Virus record (IMG/VR): IMGVR_UViG_3300017973_000001
Span: 45,431 to 109,430 of that record
DNA: 64,000 nucleotides
Source: a virus
Reading direction: 5' to 3' (one strand)
Position 1 is the first letter of the stretch. Each line of letters begins with the position of its first letter. The notes beneath the pieces are model-generated. The model was not told the origin of the DNA, made no database searches, and worked only from the letters and a program-made list of their open reading frames with translations. Both the position numbers and the translations under genes were made by a program. This document shows positions 9,089 to 18,966 of this stretch, one piece after another.

Positions 9089-9832
9089 ATGACGTTTAAT
9101 ATGAAATATAACATCAACAAAGATTACATAGCTAAGGGTACTATGAAACGCCCTGGAAATGGGATTAAAGTACAATTTATCGTGGCTCATGACACTGGGA
9201 ACCCTGGTTCAACTGCTCAAAATAACGTAGATTACTATAAACGTGTTGCTAATGAGTCTTATGCTTCAGCTCATATTTTCGTAGATGATAAGCAAATTCT
9301 TGAGTGTATCCCGGCTTTAACTGGTCCTACAGAAAGGGCTTATCACGTAATCTATGATGTTACTAAAGATAATGAGTTATTTGGTGTTGACGCAAATGAT
9401 GGGGCGATTGGAGTAGAGTTTTGCTATGGAAATGGCATTAATTTTACTGAAGCTTACAAGAAGTATGTATGGGTTATTGCTTACATCTGCTTTAAGTTTA
9501 ACATTGACCCACGTAAGAAAATTACTGGCCATTTCATCTTGGACCCGGCTCGTAAAACAGACCCGGTAGGGGGGCTGAAATTTGGTGGAAAGACTTTCCC
9601 ACAATTTTTAGCTGATGTAGTTACTGAGTACAATAACTGTATCATTCCGGATCAACAAGTAAAGCCAATACCTCAACCAACTGGTGTAACTTATAAAATT
9701 CAAAAAGATGATACATTTTGGGGAATAGCTACACGTTTACATATGAATGTAAATGACTTAATGAAGTTAAACCCAGGTGTTGATCCTAAAAAGTTATCAG
9801 AAGGTATGGAGATTATCATTGGAAAAAAGTAG
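9089..9832 (+). CDS. endolysin: N-acetylmuramoyl-L-alanine amidase (Amidase_2) plus LysM
   Basis: IVAHDTGN, SAHIFVDD, IGVEFC, GH..RKTDP; LysM YKIQKDDTFWGIA..LMKLNP. Confidence 0.93.
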   Translation: MTFNMKYNINKDYIAKGTMKRPGNGIKVQFIVAHDTGNPGSTAQNNVDYYKRVANESYASAHIFVDDKQILECIPALTGPTERAYHVIYDVTKDNELFGVDANDGAIGVEFCYGNGINFTEAYKKYVWVIAYICFKFNIDPRKKITGHFILDPARKTDPVGGLKFGGKTFPQFLADVVTEYNNCIIPDQQVKPIPQPTGVTYKIQKDDTFWGIATRLHMNVNDLMKLNPGVDPKKLSEGMEIIIGKK

Positions 9833-10080
9833 AGGAATATATTAGGCCAACTGAAGCAAGTTCGCCTTTTATAGTAAAAGAAGTACCGTACCCAGGAGAC
9901 TTGAGAAAAGGCTCTAGAGGGGAGGGTGTTAAGTTACTTCAGCAGTACTTAGGAGCTGAACCGGATGGTATATTTGGACCTAAGACTGAGAAGTTGCTTA
10001 TTACCTACAAGAAAAGGGAAAGAATGAAGGACGTTAGTGGAGTTCTTAATTTCATGACCTGGTACAAGCTTGTTAAATAA
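9829..10080 (+). CDS. -1 frame extension of endolysin: PG_binding_1-type domain
   Basis: LRKGSRGEGVKLLQQYLG..PDGIFGPKTE..TW; reached via A_AAA_AAG at 9823-9829. Confidence 0.7.
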   Translation, partial: VEEYIRPTEASSPFIVKEVPYPGDLRKGSRGEGVKLLQQYLGAEPDGIFGPKTEKLLITYKKRERMKDVSGVLNFMTWYKLVK

Positions 10081-10081
10081 T

Positions 10082-10110
10082 AAATACCCACCTTAATCGG
10101 TGGGTATTTT
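10082..10110. terminator. bidirectional terminator
   Basis: AAATACCCACC-ttaatc-GGTGGGTATTTT. Confidence 0.75.
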
Positions 10111-10320
10111 AAAATCTTCTAGAACTGTTCTAACCACAGATATGTCATAACCTAGATGTGGCTCATAAGATATTACATACGTATGTTGGTTTTTAAACCT
10201 AAGAAAAGTTTTTTTACGTCCTATCCTATGGATAACCTCAGAATTGTTTACTTCATATAGAATACGGTTAATACACTGTATCCTATCCTCAATAATATTA
10301 ACTCTTTGGTTATACCTCAT
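10093..10320 (-). CDS. hypothetical protein
   Basis: ORF at the end of the leftward unit. Confidence 0.55.
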   Translation of the reverse strand: MRYNQRVNIIEDRIQCINRILYEVNNSEVIHRIGRKKTFLRFKNQHTYVISYEPHLGYDISVVRTVLEDFKIPTD

Positions 10321-10348
10321 AATCGCATGATCGCCTATCCAAAGTTGT

Positions 10349-11233
10349 TCAAAGACACTCCTTTGATTGTTTTTCTATTTCTTTAACAAATAGCATGGAA
10401 ATGTCCGGGTTAAATACTTTTTGAGCTTCTACAATACTACGCATAGTCCTAACAAGGCCATGTTGTTGTACACTGCTCGCTAAAAGGTCTATTGCTTCAT
10501 CACTTCTTAATTCAATATCTGCAAATTCTTTAATAAATCCGATTACATCTAAAAAGTCTTTTGTTTCTTTTAATTTCCCAGTATCAGAAGGTGCTATATC
10601 TAAAGGTGCAAGGTCAATTTTATTTATATTTTTTCTTTTTGAGTTATCGATACCGATTGTGCTAAGTTCCATTTCATTTCGATTATTAATCTTATGGAAA
10701 CTAGCTTTGATTAGATCGCCTTCCTCAAAGTATTCATGAATATCAGCTATATATGCGTCCTTAATACGTGATACATGGACTAATCCTTGATATTTACCAT
10801 CTAACGTTTTACATACTGCTCCAACATTAGTGAGTACTTTTACAACTTTTAAATCCAATAATTGTCCGTAGTAGAAAGGGGGCTTGTCAAAAGGTTTACT
10901 GTTGGTATCTTCTGAAGATTTATCTTTCAATGACTTGTTTTCTGTACTATAAACGACTTCTCTTTCATCAACTTGATTATCTAGTTCGTTATCTAGTGGT
11001 GTATCAGTAGAATCATCATCTTTATACAAAAGTTCTTTGACGTTTAAGTCTTTATATATTCTGTAATAGTAGTAATTTACGTTTGCATACTGCATGTCAT
11101 ATTTAGTACATAGCCCACGGATGAAGTCAACACTAGTCATTTTATTTGTACCTTCAACCAGTGATATTAAATAATCGTGAATTTCTTTTTTTAATTCTTC
11201 TTTTACTTTTTGTGAAAGCCTATTAGTTGCCAT
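10349..11233 (-). CDS. S1 RNA-binding domain protein
   Basis: GQLLDLKVVKVLTNVGAV..GLVHVSRI..FEEGDLIKA; SD AAGGAG before ATG 11233. Confidence 0.8.
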   Translation of the reverse strand: MATNRLSQKVKEELKKEIHDYLISLVEGTNKMTSVDFIRGLCTKYDMQYANVNYYYYRIYKDLNVKELLYKDDDSTDTPLDNELDNQVDEREVVYSTENKSLKDKSSEDTNSKPFDKPPFYYGQLLDLKVVKVLTNVGAVCKTLDGKYQGLVHVSRIKDAYIADIHEYFEEGDLIKASFHKINNRNEMELSTIGIDNSKRKNINKIDLAPLDIAPSDTGKLKETKDFLDVIGFIKEFADIELRSDEAIDLLASSVQQHGLVRTMRSIVEAQKVFNPDISMLFVKEIEKQSKECL

Positions 11234-11282
11234 ACTGTGCTCCTTTGTAAACACTTTGAAGTTTTTAAATTTTTACATAATA

Positions 11283-11310
11283 AAAAGGGCTATGTGCTAT
11301 AAGCCCTTTT
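11283..11310. terminator. intrinsic terminator
   Basis: AAAAAGGGCT..AGCCCTTTTT. Confidence 0.65.
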
Positions 11311-11515
11311 TCATTGATTTTCGGCCATCATTAAACAACTCAAGTTGTTCATTGATCTGTTTGCCGGCCTCATCCCATGCTGTTTTATAAACGGCAATAT
11401 GATTTTCGCTTTCTTCAACTTCCACGCTAATTCCGGCATGGAATTGAATTGACTCATAGTTAGGGAGAGATTTCTTATAAGTTACCGATACGTTTATGTT
11501 GTTTACTTTAGCCAT
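11297..11515 (-). CDS. hypothetical phage protein
   Basis: SD GGAGG before MAKVNN. Confidence 0.7.
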   Translation of the reverse strand: MAKVNNINVSVTYKKSLPNYESIQFHAGISVEVEESENHIAVYKTAWDEAGKQINEQLELFNDGRKSMKKGL

Positions 11516-11891
11516 GTTGTTCTTCCTCCAAGCAGTTATCACAAATATCAAATATATTAGTAGATTCTTCGCCACAATCGGGACAGAAAGTAATTGGGTA
11601 ACTTTCAAAAATTGAGCATGAGATTCCTTCTTTAGTAAGAAGACCGTTTCCGGAAAAACTAGCTAATACCTTTTTTGAGTCGTTTGTATAAAAGGGTTTG
11701 CCAGTAGTGAACCAGTTTTTAAACTGCTCTACGCTCAAAAACTCGTTCTCGAAAAAGCCATAGAGCAATCCATTTTCCTCAAACTGAATAAGGTGGGGTA
11801 GACCTCTAGAGTAGTCTACCTTTTTTACCTTACCCCATTTCCCACTAAATTTAATAGAACAAGAGGGTAGAATAAATACCTTATTACTCAT
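11508..11891 (-). CDS. hypothetical protein with C-terminal zinc ribbon
   Basis: CPDC..CDNC; overlaps neighbours. Confidence 0.7.
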   Translation of the reverse strand: MSNKVFILPSCSIKFSGKWGKVKKVDYSRGLPHLIQFEENGLLYGFFENEFLSVEQFKNWFTTGKPFYTNDSKKVLASFSGNGLLTKEGISCSIFESYPITFCPDCGEESTNIFDICDNCLEEEQHG

Positions 11892-12285
11892 TGGGTAGAT
11901 CCTTTATAATTAAACGTTCAATACCTGGTGACTGAAGCCAGGCATGTTCTTTTAATTCATCAAGGTTTATTACGCCACTGTCAATCGCTCCGACTAATTT
12001 TTCCTCATCAACAATTAATTTACCGAACTCTTTTAAAAATCCCTTTGATTCAAGATATTCTGCGACTTTATCCATATCGAACTTAGAGTTATCGCTTACA
12101 GAAACCTGTACTCTAAAGTTACCAATATCGGTTTTAGGCTTACCCATTCGTTGCAAGATAGAGACTATATACGGTTTATGCTCCTTCAACCAATTTTGGT
12201 CCTCTTTCACTCGTTTGTTACGGTAGTTATATTGTTCAAGAATAGTTAAATCTTCGGGTGTATAGTTGGAAAATATTGAACTCAT
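11884..12285 (-). CDS. hypothetical phage protein
   Basis: SD AGGAGG. Confidence 0.75.
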   Translation of the reverse strand: MSSIFSNYTPEDLTILEQYNYRNKRVKEDQNWLKEHKPYIVSILQRMGKPKTDIGNFRVQVSVSDNSKFDMDKVAEYLESKGFLKEFGKLIVDEEKLVGAIDSGVINLDELKEHAWLQSPGIERLIIKDLPNE

Positions 12286-12337
12286 TTTATCCCTCCTAGT
12301 TGTACACTTAAAATATACGACTATGGAGTTTAAAATG

Positions 12338-12526
12338 TTAATTTACTAATGTAAATGCTGAAACAATGGTAAGGATAACTGATGTAATAGCTGAGTTAGT
12401 AGTTAAGTCTCTAAATATATCATTGTCTTTTGTGATCGCTAGTATGTGAAAAATAATACTCAACGAAACTAGTATAATTGCCAACACTAAGAATACCATA
12501 GACTTATACCCCTCCCTATAAGTCAT
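12338..12526 (-). CDS. small 2-TM membrane protein (start may be 12499)
   Basis: hydrophobic ORF; SD AGGGAGGG before the second Met. Confidence 0.55.
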   Translation of the reverse strand: MTYREGYKSMVFLVLAIILVSLSIIFHILAITKDNDIFRDLTTNSAITSVILTIVSAFTLVN

Positions 12527-12629
12527 AGTATAACCTAGCTTTTAGGCCAATACAAACAGAAGTTTGGAAAAATGAGGAATTTATTGAAGATTTTAGAAAA
12601 AGGGGTAGGAGAGGTTGTTAAATAATAAA

Positions 12630-12650
12630 ATAGGGGGCAAAATGCCCCCA
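12630..12650 (-). terminator. terminator after abrB
   Basis: GGGGGCA-ttt-TGCCCCC then TATTTT on the minus strand. Confidence 0.6.
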
Positions 12651-12657
12651 GTTAATA

Positions 12658-12936
12658 CTATAAAATGCTCTTTAATTTTTCGATTTCATTTTTAAGTATA
12701 AGTAGCCCTTCTGTACTGATTATATTTCCATTTGGTAGCTTTATACAATCTGAAGAAACTTTACCAGTAATTACACAAGCAGATTCTTTTTCATATTTTC
12801 TAAGTACAATACTATCTTCATCTACAAACATTTCAATTGGATCACGGGGTTTTATTCCCCATGTTCTTCTCATTTCCATAGGTATTACAATTCTCCCAAG
12901 TTCGTCCATCTTACGGACTACTCCTGTTGCTTTCAT
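12658..12936 (-). CDS. abrB: AbrB-family transition-state regulator
   Basis: MKATGVVRKMDELGRIVIPMEMRR..IEMFVD..IVLRKY..ACVITG. Confidence 0.92.
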   Translation of the reverse strand: MKATGVVRKMDELGRIVIPMEMRRTWGIKPRDPIEMFVDEDSIVLRKYEKESACVITGKVSSDCIKLPNGNIISTEGLLILKNEIEKLKSIL

Positions 12937-12981
12937 TCTACTTCCTCTTTTCTACGTATGCTCCATGTTGTTATTTTAACA

Positions 12982-13257
12982 CTACTTATCTTTTCGGTGG
13001 GAAAGTAGATTTTTTAACTGTTTAGTATTTAATCTGATACCGACTTTATTATTTTCCTCGGTTGAATTATACAAGGTTACTTCATCTGCTTTATTATTAT
13101 TCAGATACTCTAACATGTAATCTACGTATTTATACAGAAATTGGAAAATATGTACCTTTTTGTTATCTTTAAAAATATTAATAACAAATTTATCATCATG
13201 AAATTCTAGGTCATACTTAAACTCTTTATCTTCAACATCATTAATATATAAAATCAT
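12982..13257 (-). CDS. hypothetical protein
   Basis: SD AGGAG. Confidence 0.65.
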   Translation of the reverse strand: MILYINDVEDKEFKYDLEFHDDKFVINIFKDNKKVHIFQFLYKYVDYMLEYLNNNKADEVTLYNSTEENNKVGIRLNTKQLKNLLSHRKDK

Positions 13258-13274
13258 ATATTATTCTCCTAATC

Positions 13275-13523
13275 TTAAATCCATATTTCAACAATAACTG
13301 GATCATCTACCTCAGAGCGATCCAACCTTGAAAATCGTCCATACGGAATAGACTTACGAACTTCTTCTAAACTATCAGCTACAACATGGTATTTAGTAGG
13401 AAGGGGGGCTTCAAATAATCTAGCAACGTACTTACCAGGAAAATCTTTAGTATTAAAGTACACCGTAATAATTGGTAGTTCAATTTTTGATAGGTCTAGT
13501 TCTGCGAAATTTGCTATTTGCAT
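13275..13523 (-). CDS. hypothetical phage protein
   Basis: DFPGKYVAR..DDPVIVEIW; SD AAGGAG. Confidence 0.75.
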   Translation of the reverse strand: MQIANFAELDLSKIELPIITVYFNTKDFPGKYVARLFEAPLPTKYHVVADSLEEVRKSIPYGRFSRLDRSEVDDPVIVEIWI

Positions 13524-13548
13524 TGATGTACTCCTTAAATTTTATTTT

Positions 13549-13902
13549 CTAAATTAAATCGTAAGACTTAAATCCCTCTAACACTTTACCTAATCTATCT
13601 ATTTCTAAGTTAAGTGCATAAATGCATGCTTGATGGCTTACTTGTGTAAGACCAATTTTTAGTTCATCTATTGCCGTTTCTACATTTTTAATATCTTCCT
13701 TGATTTTTACGAAAAACTCATCTAGTTTTTCAAGTGCTTCAGTCTGATTTTTGACGTAAGCTACATTCTTATCTTTAACATATAATATTTTAGAGCCACT
13801 ACGTCCAACATAACTACGGCTATATTCGATTCTACCTACAATCTTATCACCACTGAGTATACTCCATTCATCTTCGTGTTCTTTCCGTACCTTTAAATCC
13901 AT
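13549..13902 (-). CDS. hypothetical protein
   Basis: SD AAGGAG. Confidence 0.7.
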   Translation of the reverse strand: MDLKVRKEHEDEWSILSGDKIVGRIEYSRSYVGRSGSKILYVKDKNVAYVKNQTEALEKLDEFFVKIKEDIKNVETAIDELKIGLTQVSHQACIYALNLEIDRLGKVLEGFKSYDLI

Positions 13903-13916
13903 TATTATTCAGCTCC

Positions 13917-14249
13917 TTACTTCTTAACTGGTGGGATAATTTTTTCCATACCTTCTAGTTTTGAATCATCATACTGATCCATAGCCCTCATAACTTTAAG
14001 GTATTGAGTGTCTATTCCTTCACGTTTCATGTATAAAAGGGAACCGGCACATAATTCATTACCTTGTTTTGGTTTGAATTTCTCCCCATGCTCACCCTTA
14101 GTATAATCAATGGTCTTATGACAGAAGAAATGTCCGTTGTTCTCTAAATCATGTACAATATCTTTTAAACGGTTTTCATGTAATGTTTCATTAGTGAGGC
14201 TATCTTTTACAAAAGGGCAGTCCTTACACGGAGTCTTTAAGTTAAACAT
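13917..14249 (-). CDS. Cys-rich phage protein (DUF6283-like)
   Basis: PCKDCPF..FFCHKT..LCAG. Confidence 0.65.
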   Translation of the reverse strand: MFNLKTPCKDCPFVKDSLTNETLHENRLKDIVHDLENNGHFFCHKTIDYTKGEHGEKFKPKQGNELCAGSLLYMKREGIDTQYLKVMRAMDQYDDSKLEGMEKIIPPVKK

Positions 14250-14264
14250 TGTAACGTCTCCTTT

Positions 14265-14507
14265 TTAATCTAAGTGTTCCTCTAAGTCTGAGTAAAGCTC
14301 TTGAATACTTTGTGTAATAGCTTCTAGCTTTTCAACCATTTCAGCATAAGCCTCAGCTTTTTCTTCATTACCTTTTTCATCATAGTCATTAGCTTTATCG
14401 CTTAATTCACTGATAAACTCCTCAACATCTAGGTCATTAAATTGTGATAATTGTTCTTTCCAAATCTTTATTACTTTATTAAGGTCTGACTTATTTAATT
14501 GAGCCAT
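14265..14507 (-). CDS. hypothetical acidic protein
   Basis: ORF abutting upstream stop. Confidence 0.7.
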   Translation of the reverse strand: MAQLNKSDLNKVIKIWKEQLSQFNDLDVEEFISELSDKANDYDEKGNEEKAEAYAEMVEKLEAITQSIQELYSDLEEHLD

Positions 14508-14969
14508 TTATTCTTCCACCTTTACCCATAATTTATCACTGGTAATTAGTTGGTATTTCTCAACTAAACCAATATATACCTTTTCCATTAGTTCTGCAAT
14601 CTGAGTGTATTTTTTAGGAATATCGTAATCATAAGAATAATCTACACATTTACTAGGGTTTTCGTATTCCCCTAAAAAGGTAAGTCTAGCACTGTGCATG
14701 TACGTTGTCCCTTTTGCTTTTAGTGAGAATTTATCATTAACTCTGTAAGAGAGGTATACATATTCTCTAGCTAATTGAACCTTTACACCCTCGATTTCTA
14801 GCTCTCCCTCAATAGTATTCATGTATTCATAGTAACTCAGTCCACCAAAACGTTCACGATTCCCCATATCTATAAGCTCCTCCATCATACGTTCAACACT
14901 ACGAGCTTCTTGTAGTAGGATAGTTCTTTTTTCAGCTAATTCCAGGTACCTTTCTTTTAAGCTACTCAA
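14508..14969 (-). CDS. hypothetical protein
   Basis: SD AGGAGG, TTG start. Confidence 0.7.
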   Translation of the reverse strand: MSSLKERYLELAEKRTILLQEARSVERMMEELIDMGNRERFGGLSYYEYMNTIEGELEIEGVKVQLAREYVYLSYRVNDKFSLKAKGTTYMHSARLTFLGEYENPSKCVDYSYDYDIPKKYTQIAELMEKVYIGLVEKYQLITSDKLWVKVEE

Positions 14970-14980
14970 TACTTTCCCTC

Positions 14981-15310
14981 CTAAAAATTCTCATTAAATG
15001 TAATTATAGTATCTAAATCAGATGTACCTTCAACCTTTCTTTGTGTTTCTTTATTTAGGTTGTCGAAACCAATTTTTACAATTTCAATTTCATCTTTTCT
15101 AAGAATTTCACCTACATGGTGGGTAAGATAATCTTCAATTTCTTCATATGCTACTACTCTAACTTTATTTGTGCCTTCAAGTGTATTAAAATCGTGAATT
15201 ATTCCTTCTCTTGACGATCTTACATTTACAAGTGCAAGTATGCCTTTTGCAAAGCTATTTATTTCTTCATTTCCCTCAACTAAATACTCAAATCCTTTTA
15301 CTAGTTCCAT
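14981..15310 (-). CDS. hypothetical protein
   Basis: SD GGAG. Confidence 0.7.
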   Translation of the reverse strand: MELVKGFEYLVEGNEEINSFAKGILALVNVRSSREGIIHDFNTLEGTNKVRVVAYEEIEDYLTHHVGEILRKDEIEIVKIGFDNLNKETQRKVEGTSDLDTIITFNENF

Positions 15311-15324
15311 TTAAAACTCTCCAA

Positions 15325-15756
15325 TCAATATTTTTTCTCTCTTACTCGGACTGTAAGACCTTCCATTTTTACATCTTTATCACCATAAATATAATAATCA
15401 TTACCGTTATGCTCAACCCTTGAAGTACGCCAAATTTTCTTATAATCCTCGATTACCATATACTCAATACCTTCACCACTTGTATAGTAGTCGTCCATAT
15501 CAGTGATCCAATATCGGCCATCTTCTTTTTGAAATAGGGTACCAGTATGAATTACCTTTCTAGTGAAGTATTCTAACGTATGGTTTATATCAAAAAGTTT
15601 ATCTACAATAGTTTCATACTCACTTGCTAGCTGACGCTCATTAGGGCTACTAGTATTATACTGAATGTTGTCGGTATAACCATCCATTCCTCTATCAATT
15701 TGTTTAATAAGTGTAGATATTTTAGCAAGATTTAACTTCAAATCCTCTAGTTTCAT
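15325..15756 (-). CDS. DUF5348-like domain protein
   Basis: GRYWI..YYTSGEGIE..SRVEHNGNDYY..GLTVR; SD AAGGAGG. Confidence 0.65.
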   Translation of the reverse strand: MKLEDLKLNLAKISTLIKQIDRGMDGYTDNIQYNTSSPNERQLASEYETIVDKLFDINHTLEYFTRKVIHTGTLFQKEDGRYWITDMDDYYTSGEGIEYMVIEDYKKIWRTSRVEHNGNDYYIYGDKDVKMEGLTVRVREKKY

Positions 15757-15855
15757 TTTTGCTCCTCCTTATTAAGTTCTAGTTTTAATATTACACATGG
15801 TAAACGAAATTCCTTCTCGATACAACCACCACCTTACCATAAATAAAAAAGGCCA

Positions 15856-17709
15856 CTATGCAGTGACCTTCGTTTCTTTAACTTGTTTACCTATTAATTC
15901 CTTAATTAGTTGCTTAGCAGTAACTAGACCGACAACCTCAACACCATTATCTAGTAAGTTCTGAGCCATACTCTCCTTACGATCCACGGTAGCTTTTACA
16001 TGTTCATCTATTGTATCGACACATTGTAGGTAGTGAACTGTTACTGCGTTACGTTGACCGATACGGTGGGCCCTTGAGAAAGCTTGCTCTACATATGCAT
16101 AAGACCATTCTAAGTCAGTAAATACAACGTGAGTAGCTTTAGTAAGTGTCAGCCCCTCACGACAAGCAGTAGAGGTACCTAAGAATATTTTAGATGAGTC
16201 ATCTTTTTGGAACTTATATACTTGGAGCTGACGTTCAGACGTAGTTCTATCTTCAACTAACTTTTCACGTTCTTTCTGAGTTAACCGGCTCCACTTAGTT
16301 CCGTATTCACGTTTCAACTCACGTACTGCTGAAGTAATTGTTTTACCTTGAGCGTCCACGTCTCCATGAATAATTGCCGGATTGTAGTGAGCATATCGTT
16401 CTTCAAGAAGGTGGATGAGTGACTTAAATCTACTGAACACGATAACCTTTTCGCCACCCTCGATTAAATCCTCTAGTAAATCATCTAATGCTTTTAACTT
16501 AGCTGAGTCATCTTTTCCACCGATTAAAGCCGGGGTGTTCGTGATCTGCTGAAGCCTCATCAATTTAGCTAAGCTAGATGGTATTTGCTCAAGGGACGTA
16601 TCGGTTAAATCCTCAAGTATCTCACGTTTAACTGCATTGTATAGTTTCTTCTGTCCAGGAGTCATTTCTATTTTAATTGTTCTAAAAGTAACTTCCGGAA
16701 GTTCCTTCAGCTTATCTATCTTTCTTCTACGTAACATGTTTCTTTGAATATTCGTTTTTAACTCAAGTATATTTTGATACCCAATTACTTCCTTACCACC
16801 ATATCCACCTAAGATAGCATATCTTTGTTGGAACTCAAACCAATGCATATCTACTTGCTTACCTAACTTCAAGTAGTTATAAGCTTCAAGTGGTGAGTTG
16901 GGAAGGGGGGTGGCCGTTAAGATATACTTACATTTAAACGGGATCTTATGGATAGAGTCACCCATCTTAGACATAGGGTTTTTAATCTTATGTGCTTCAT
17001 CCAGGACGATGAAATCTAGTGATTTTTTAGTGTCCAGGTGTTGGAAACACGGGTAAGTATCACGGAAAGTCTCATAACTAACTATAATAAATGTCCAATC
17101 GTCTGAGTAAGTAAGCTCACTAAACATTTTACTTCTCTGTTTTACATTACCAGTTAATACAACTGCTTTCTCATTAGTGTGCATATGAATTTCATCACGC
17201 CAGTTATAAACTAAGCTTGCTTTAGCTACAATAACACCACGTTTTACTTTACCGAGCTTTTTCTTGGCCTCCATAGCCGTAGCTACTTGCCAACTTTTAC
17301 CAAGTCCTTGCTCATCTGCCAGGATTAAAAAGTCTTTCTCGACTAATAAGTTATGACCCTTTACTTGATACTCACCCCACGGTGTAGTTTTAAATCCAGT
17401 ACTATTAATAATCTTCCCAGTTAAATCATACTTAATTGAGTAACCAGGAGTAGTAGGGTAGGATGGAATAGTATCCTCACTAATCCCACCACCGTTAGGT
17501 TCCTCGTTATCCCAAACAATAAGGTGCTCAGCCATAAGACTATTAAATTTATCTAACTGAGAGTAGGGGACTGCCCAACATTCCCTTACTGGTGAATAAC
17601 TTGCTCCCGGAATAGTTCCCATCTTTTCTGTATATTCTTTGTTCTTTTTGAATGAGACTTTTAACCAGTCAGAATCATCAAAACCCTTAATTTTTTCTGC
17701 TTTAATCAT
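15856..17709 (-). CDS. SNF2-family helicase
   Basis: LADEQGLGKS, VLDEAH, LTATP, EKVIVFS, EGLTLT and QAFSRAHRIGQ motifs. Confidence 0.95.
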   Translation of the reverse strand: MIKAEKIKGFDDSDWLKVSFKKNKEYTEKMGTIPGASYSPVRECWAVPYSQLDKFNSLMAEHLIVWDNEEPNGGGISEDTIPSYPTTPGYSIKYDLTGKIINSTGFKTTPWGEYQVKGHNLLVEKDFLILADEQGLGKSWQVATAMEAKKKLGKVKRGVIVAKASLVYNWRDEIHMHTNEKAVVLTGNVKQRSKMFSELTYSDDWTFIIVSYETFRDTYPCFQHLDTKKSLDFIVLDEAHKIKNPMSKMGDSIHKIPFKCKYILTATPLPNSPLEAYNYLKLGKQVDMHWFEFQQRYAILGGYGGKEVIGYQNILELKTNIQRNMLRRRKIDKLKELPEVTFRTIKIEMTPGQKKLYNAVKREILEDLTDTSLEQIPSSLAKLMRLQQITNTPALIGGKDDSAKLKALDDLLEDLIEGGEKVIVFSRFKSLIHLLEERYAHYNPAIIHGDVDAQGKTITSAVRELKREYGTKWSRLTQKEREKLVEDRTTSERQLQVYKFQKDDSSKIFLGTSTACREGLTLTKATHVVFTDLEWSYAYVEQAFSRAHRIGQRNAVTVHYLQCVDTIDEHVKATVDRKESMAQNLLDNGVEVVGLVTAKQLIKELIGKQVKETKVTA

Positions 17710-18313
17710 TTTGTTTCACCTCCATATATCTTCTATATACTGTAGTAAGAGAGAGTTTTAGAATCTTAGAAATCTCTCTAAAAGACTTTTGCTCAATATC
17801 TCTGAGTTTTATAATCTCATCTTTGAAATCACTATAAACTATACCGTACTCTCTTAATAGTTCCCAAACTGATTGACCTTTCATTCTTGCATGGTAATAC
17901 AAACGGTCATATAGTTTCTTATCGATATAATTACCATTTTCTTTTACCATTTCTATTAACTCATCTAGGCTAGCAAATTTATCATATTCAATAATAAAAC
18001 CTTCTTTAAGTAATGAGTCTGAAATTCCTCCGAAAGTGGATATATAATTATATATATTTCTATTTTCTTTTCTTAATTTTGTAAGATTTACCTTCTCTCC
18101 ATGATTATAGAGAAGGTACATAATACATTTATCATAACTTTTTAATCCTCTTTGGTCATCTAAGATCATAATTCCTTGCTCATCTAATTCTTTAGATAAC
18201 CTCACACTATTACTTTTATAGTAAGAGAAAAGAGGGTAGTTTGTTCTTCTTAATACTGATAAAGGAAGAACATTATTTCTTGCTAAACTACTTAGAATTT
18301 TAGGTATACTCAT
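17702..18313 (-). CDS. HTH DNA-binding protein
   Basis: C-terminal SFREISKILKLSLTTVYRR. Confidence 0.7.
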   Translation of the reverse strand: MSIPKILSSLARNNVLPLSVLRRTNYPLFSYYKSNSVRLSKELDEQGIMILDDQRGLKSYDKCIMYLLYNHGEKVNLTKLRKENRNIYNYISTFGGISDSLLKEGFIIEYDKFASLDELIEMVKENGNYIDKKLYDRLYYHARMKGQSVWELLREYGIVYSDFKDEIIKLRDIEQKSFREISKILKLSLTTVYRRYMEVKQND

Positions 18314-18357
18314 AAAAACACCCCCTTAATATTTATACTAAGGAGGTGGGGGAGGAG

Positions 18358-18540
18358 TTAAATTCCTACATATTTAGCAACTTTAATATTTACAAAAGTT
18401 AGGATAGATAAAAGTATAGCTACTCTAAATAGCTCTAATATATTAAGGTGTATAATACTTCTAAAAAGGCTACCTAATAAGAAACAATAACAAATCAAAT
18501 CTAGACCTAATAAACAGAATAAAGAAAAACAACCGACCAT
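18358..18540 (-). CDS. small membrane protein
   Basis: hydrophobic 60-aa ORF in operon. Confidence 0.5.
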   Translation of the reverse strand: MVGCFSLFCLLGLDLICYCFLLGSLFRSIIHLNILELFRVAILLSILTFVNIKVAKYVGI

Positions 18541-18546
18541 ATCTAT

Positions 18547-18780
18547 CTATCTCCTAAATACATTCTCTGCATTTTTAAAACTTTTCCCATTTTCTAAATC
18601 ACTTTGTAACTGGAATACTAAGAAAACAATGTCCATCTTACTTACGTTTAATATACTAGCCATTTCATCATAATCATGTTCTTTTTTATTAGTAATATAT
18701 AAGTATATAACTTCTATTTTAGTTAGTTTCTCACTATTAAATAAATTCCTCAATTTATGCTCTAAAGACATTTCCCTCAC
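18547..18780 (-). CDS. small HTH-like protein
   Basis: YDEMASILNVSK. Confidence 0.55.
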   Translation of the reverse strand: MREMSLEHKLRNLFNSEKLTKIEVIYLYITNKKEHDYDEMASILNVSKMDIVFLVFQLQSDLENGKSFKNAENVFRR

Positions 18781-18966
18781 CTACAATATATCTATTTCTT
18801 TACATCTACGGCACTTCATACTTACTGAACCTTTTTTATAATCTTTACTTGCTTTAAACAAGAGGTGGTTACAATTCTTACATCTTATATTAGTCCATTC
18901 ATTATTCTTATTAAAAAATCTCTTTAATAAATTAAACAATTCAACCCTCCAAATAGAAGTATGCAT
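18781..18966 (-). CDS. Com-like zinc-ribbon protein
   Basis: IRCKNCNHLLFK..MKCRRCK, pattern of the Mu Com family; true start may be TTG 18938. Confidence 0.65.
   Translation of the reverse strand: MHTSIWRVELFNLLKRFFNKNNEWTNIRCKNCNHLLFKASKDYKKGSVSMKCRRCKEIDIL

Noticed and set aside
12530-12625. C-rich minus-strand stretch as another sRNA, or a 17-aa plus-strand ORF
   Set aside because: No clear promoter and a weak terminator; the ORF lacks an SD
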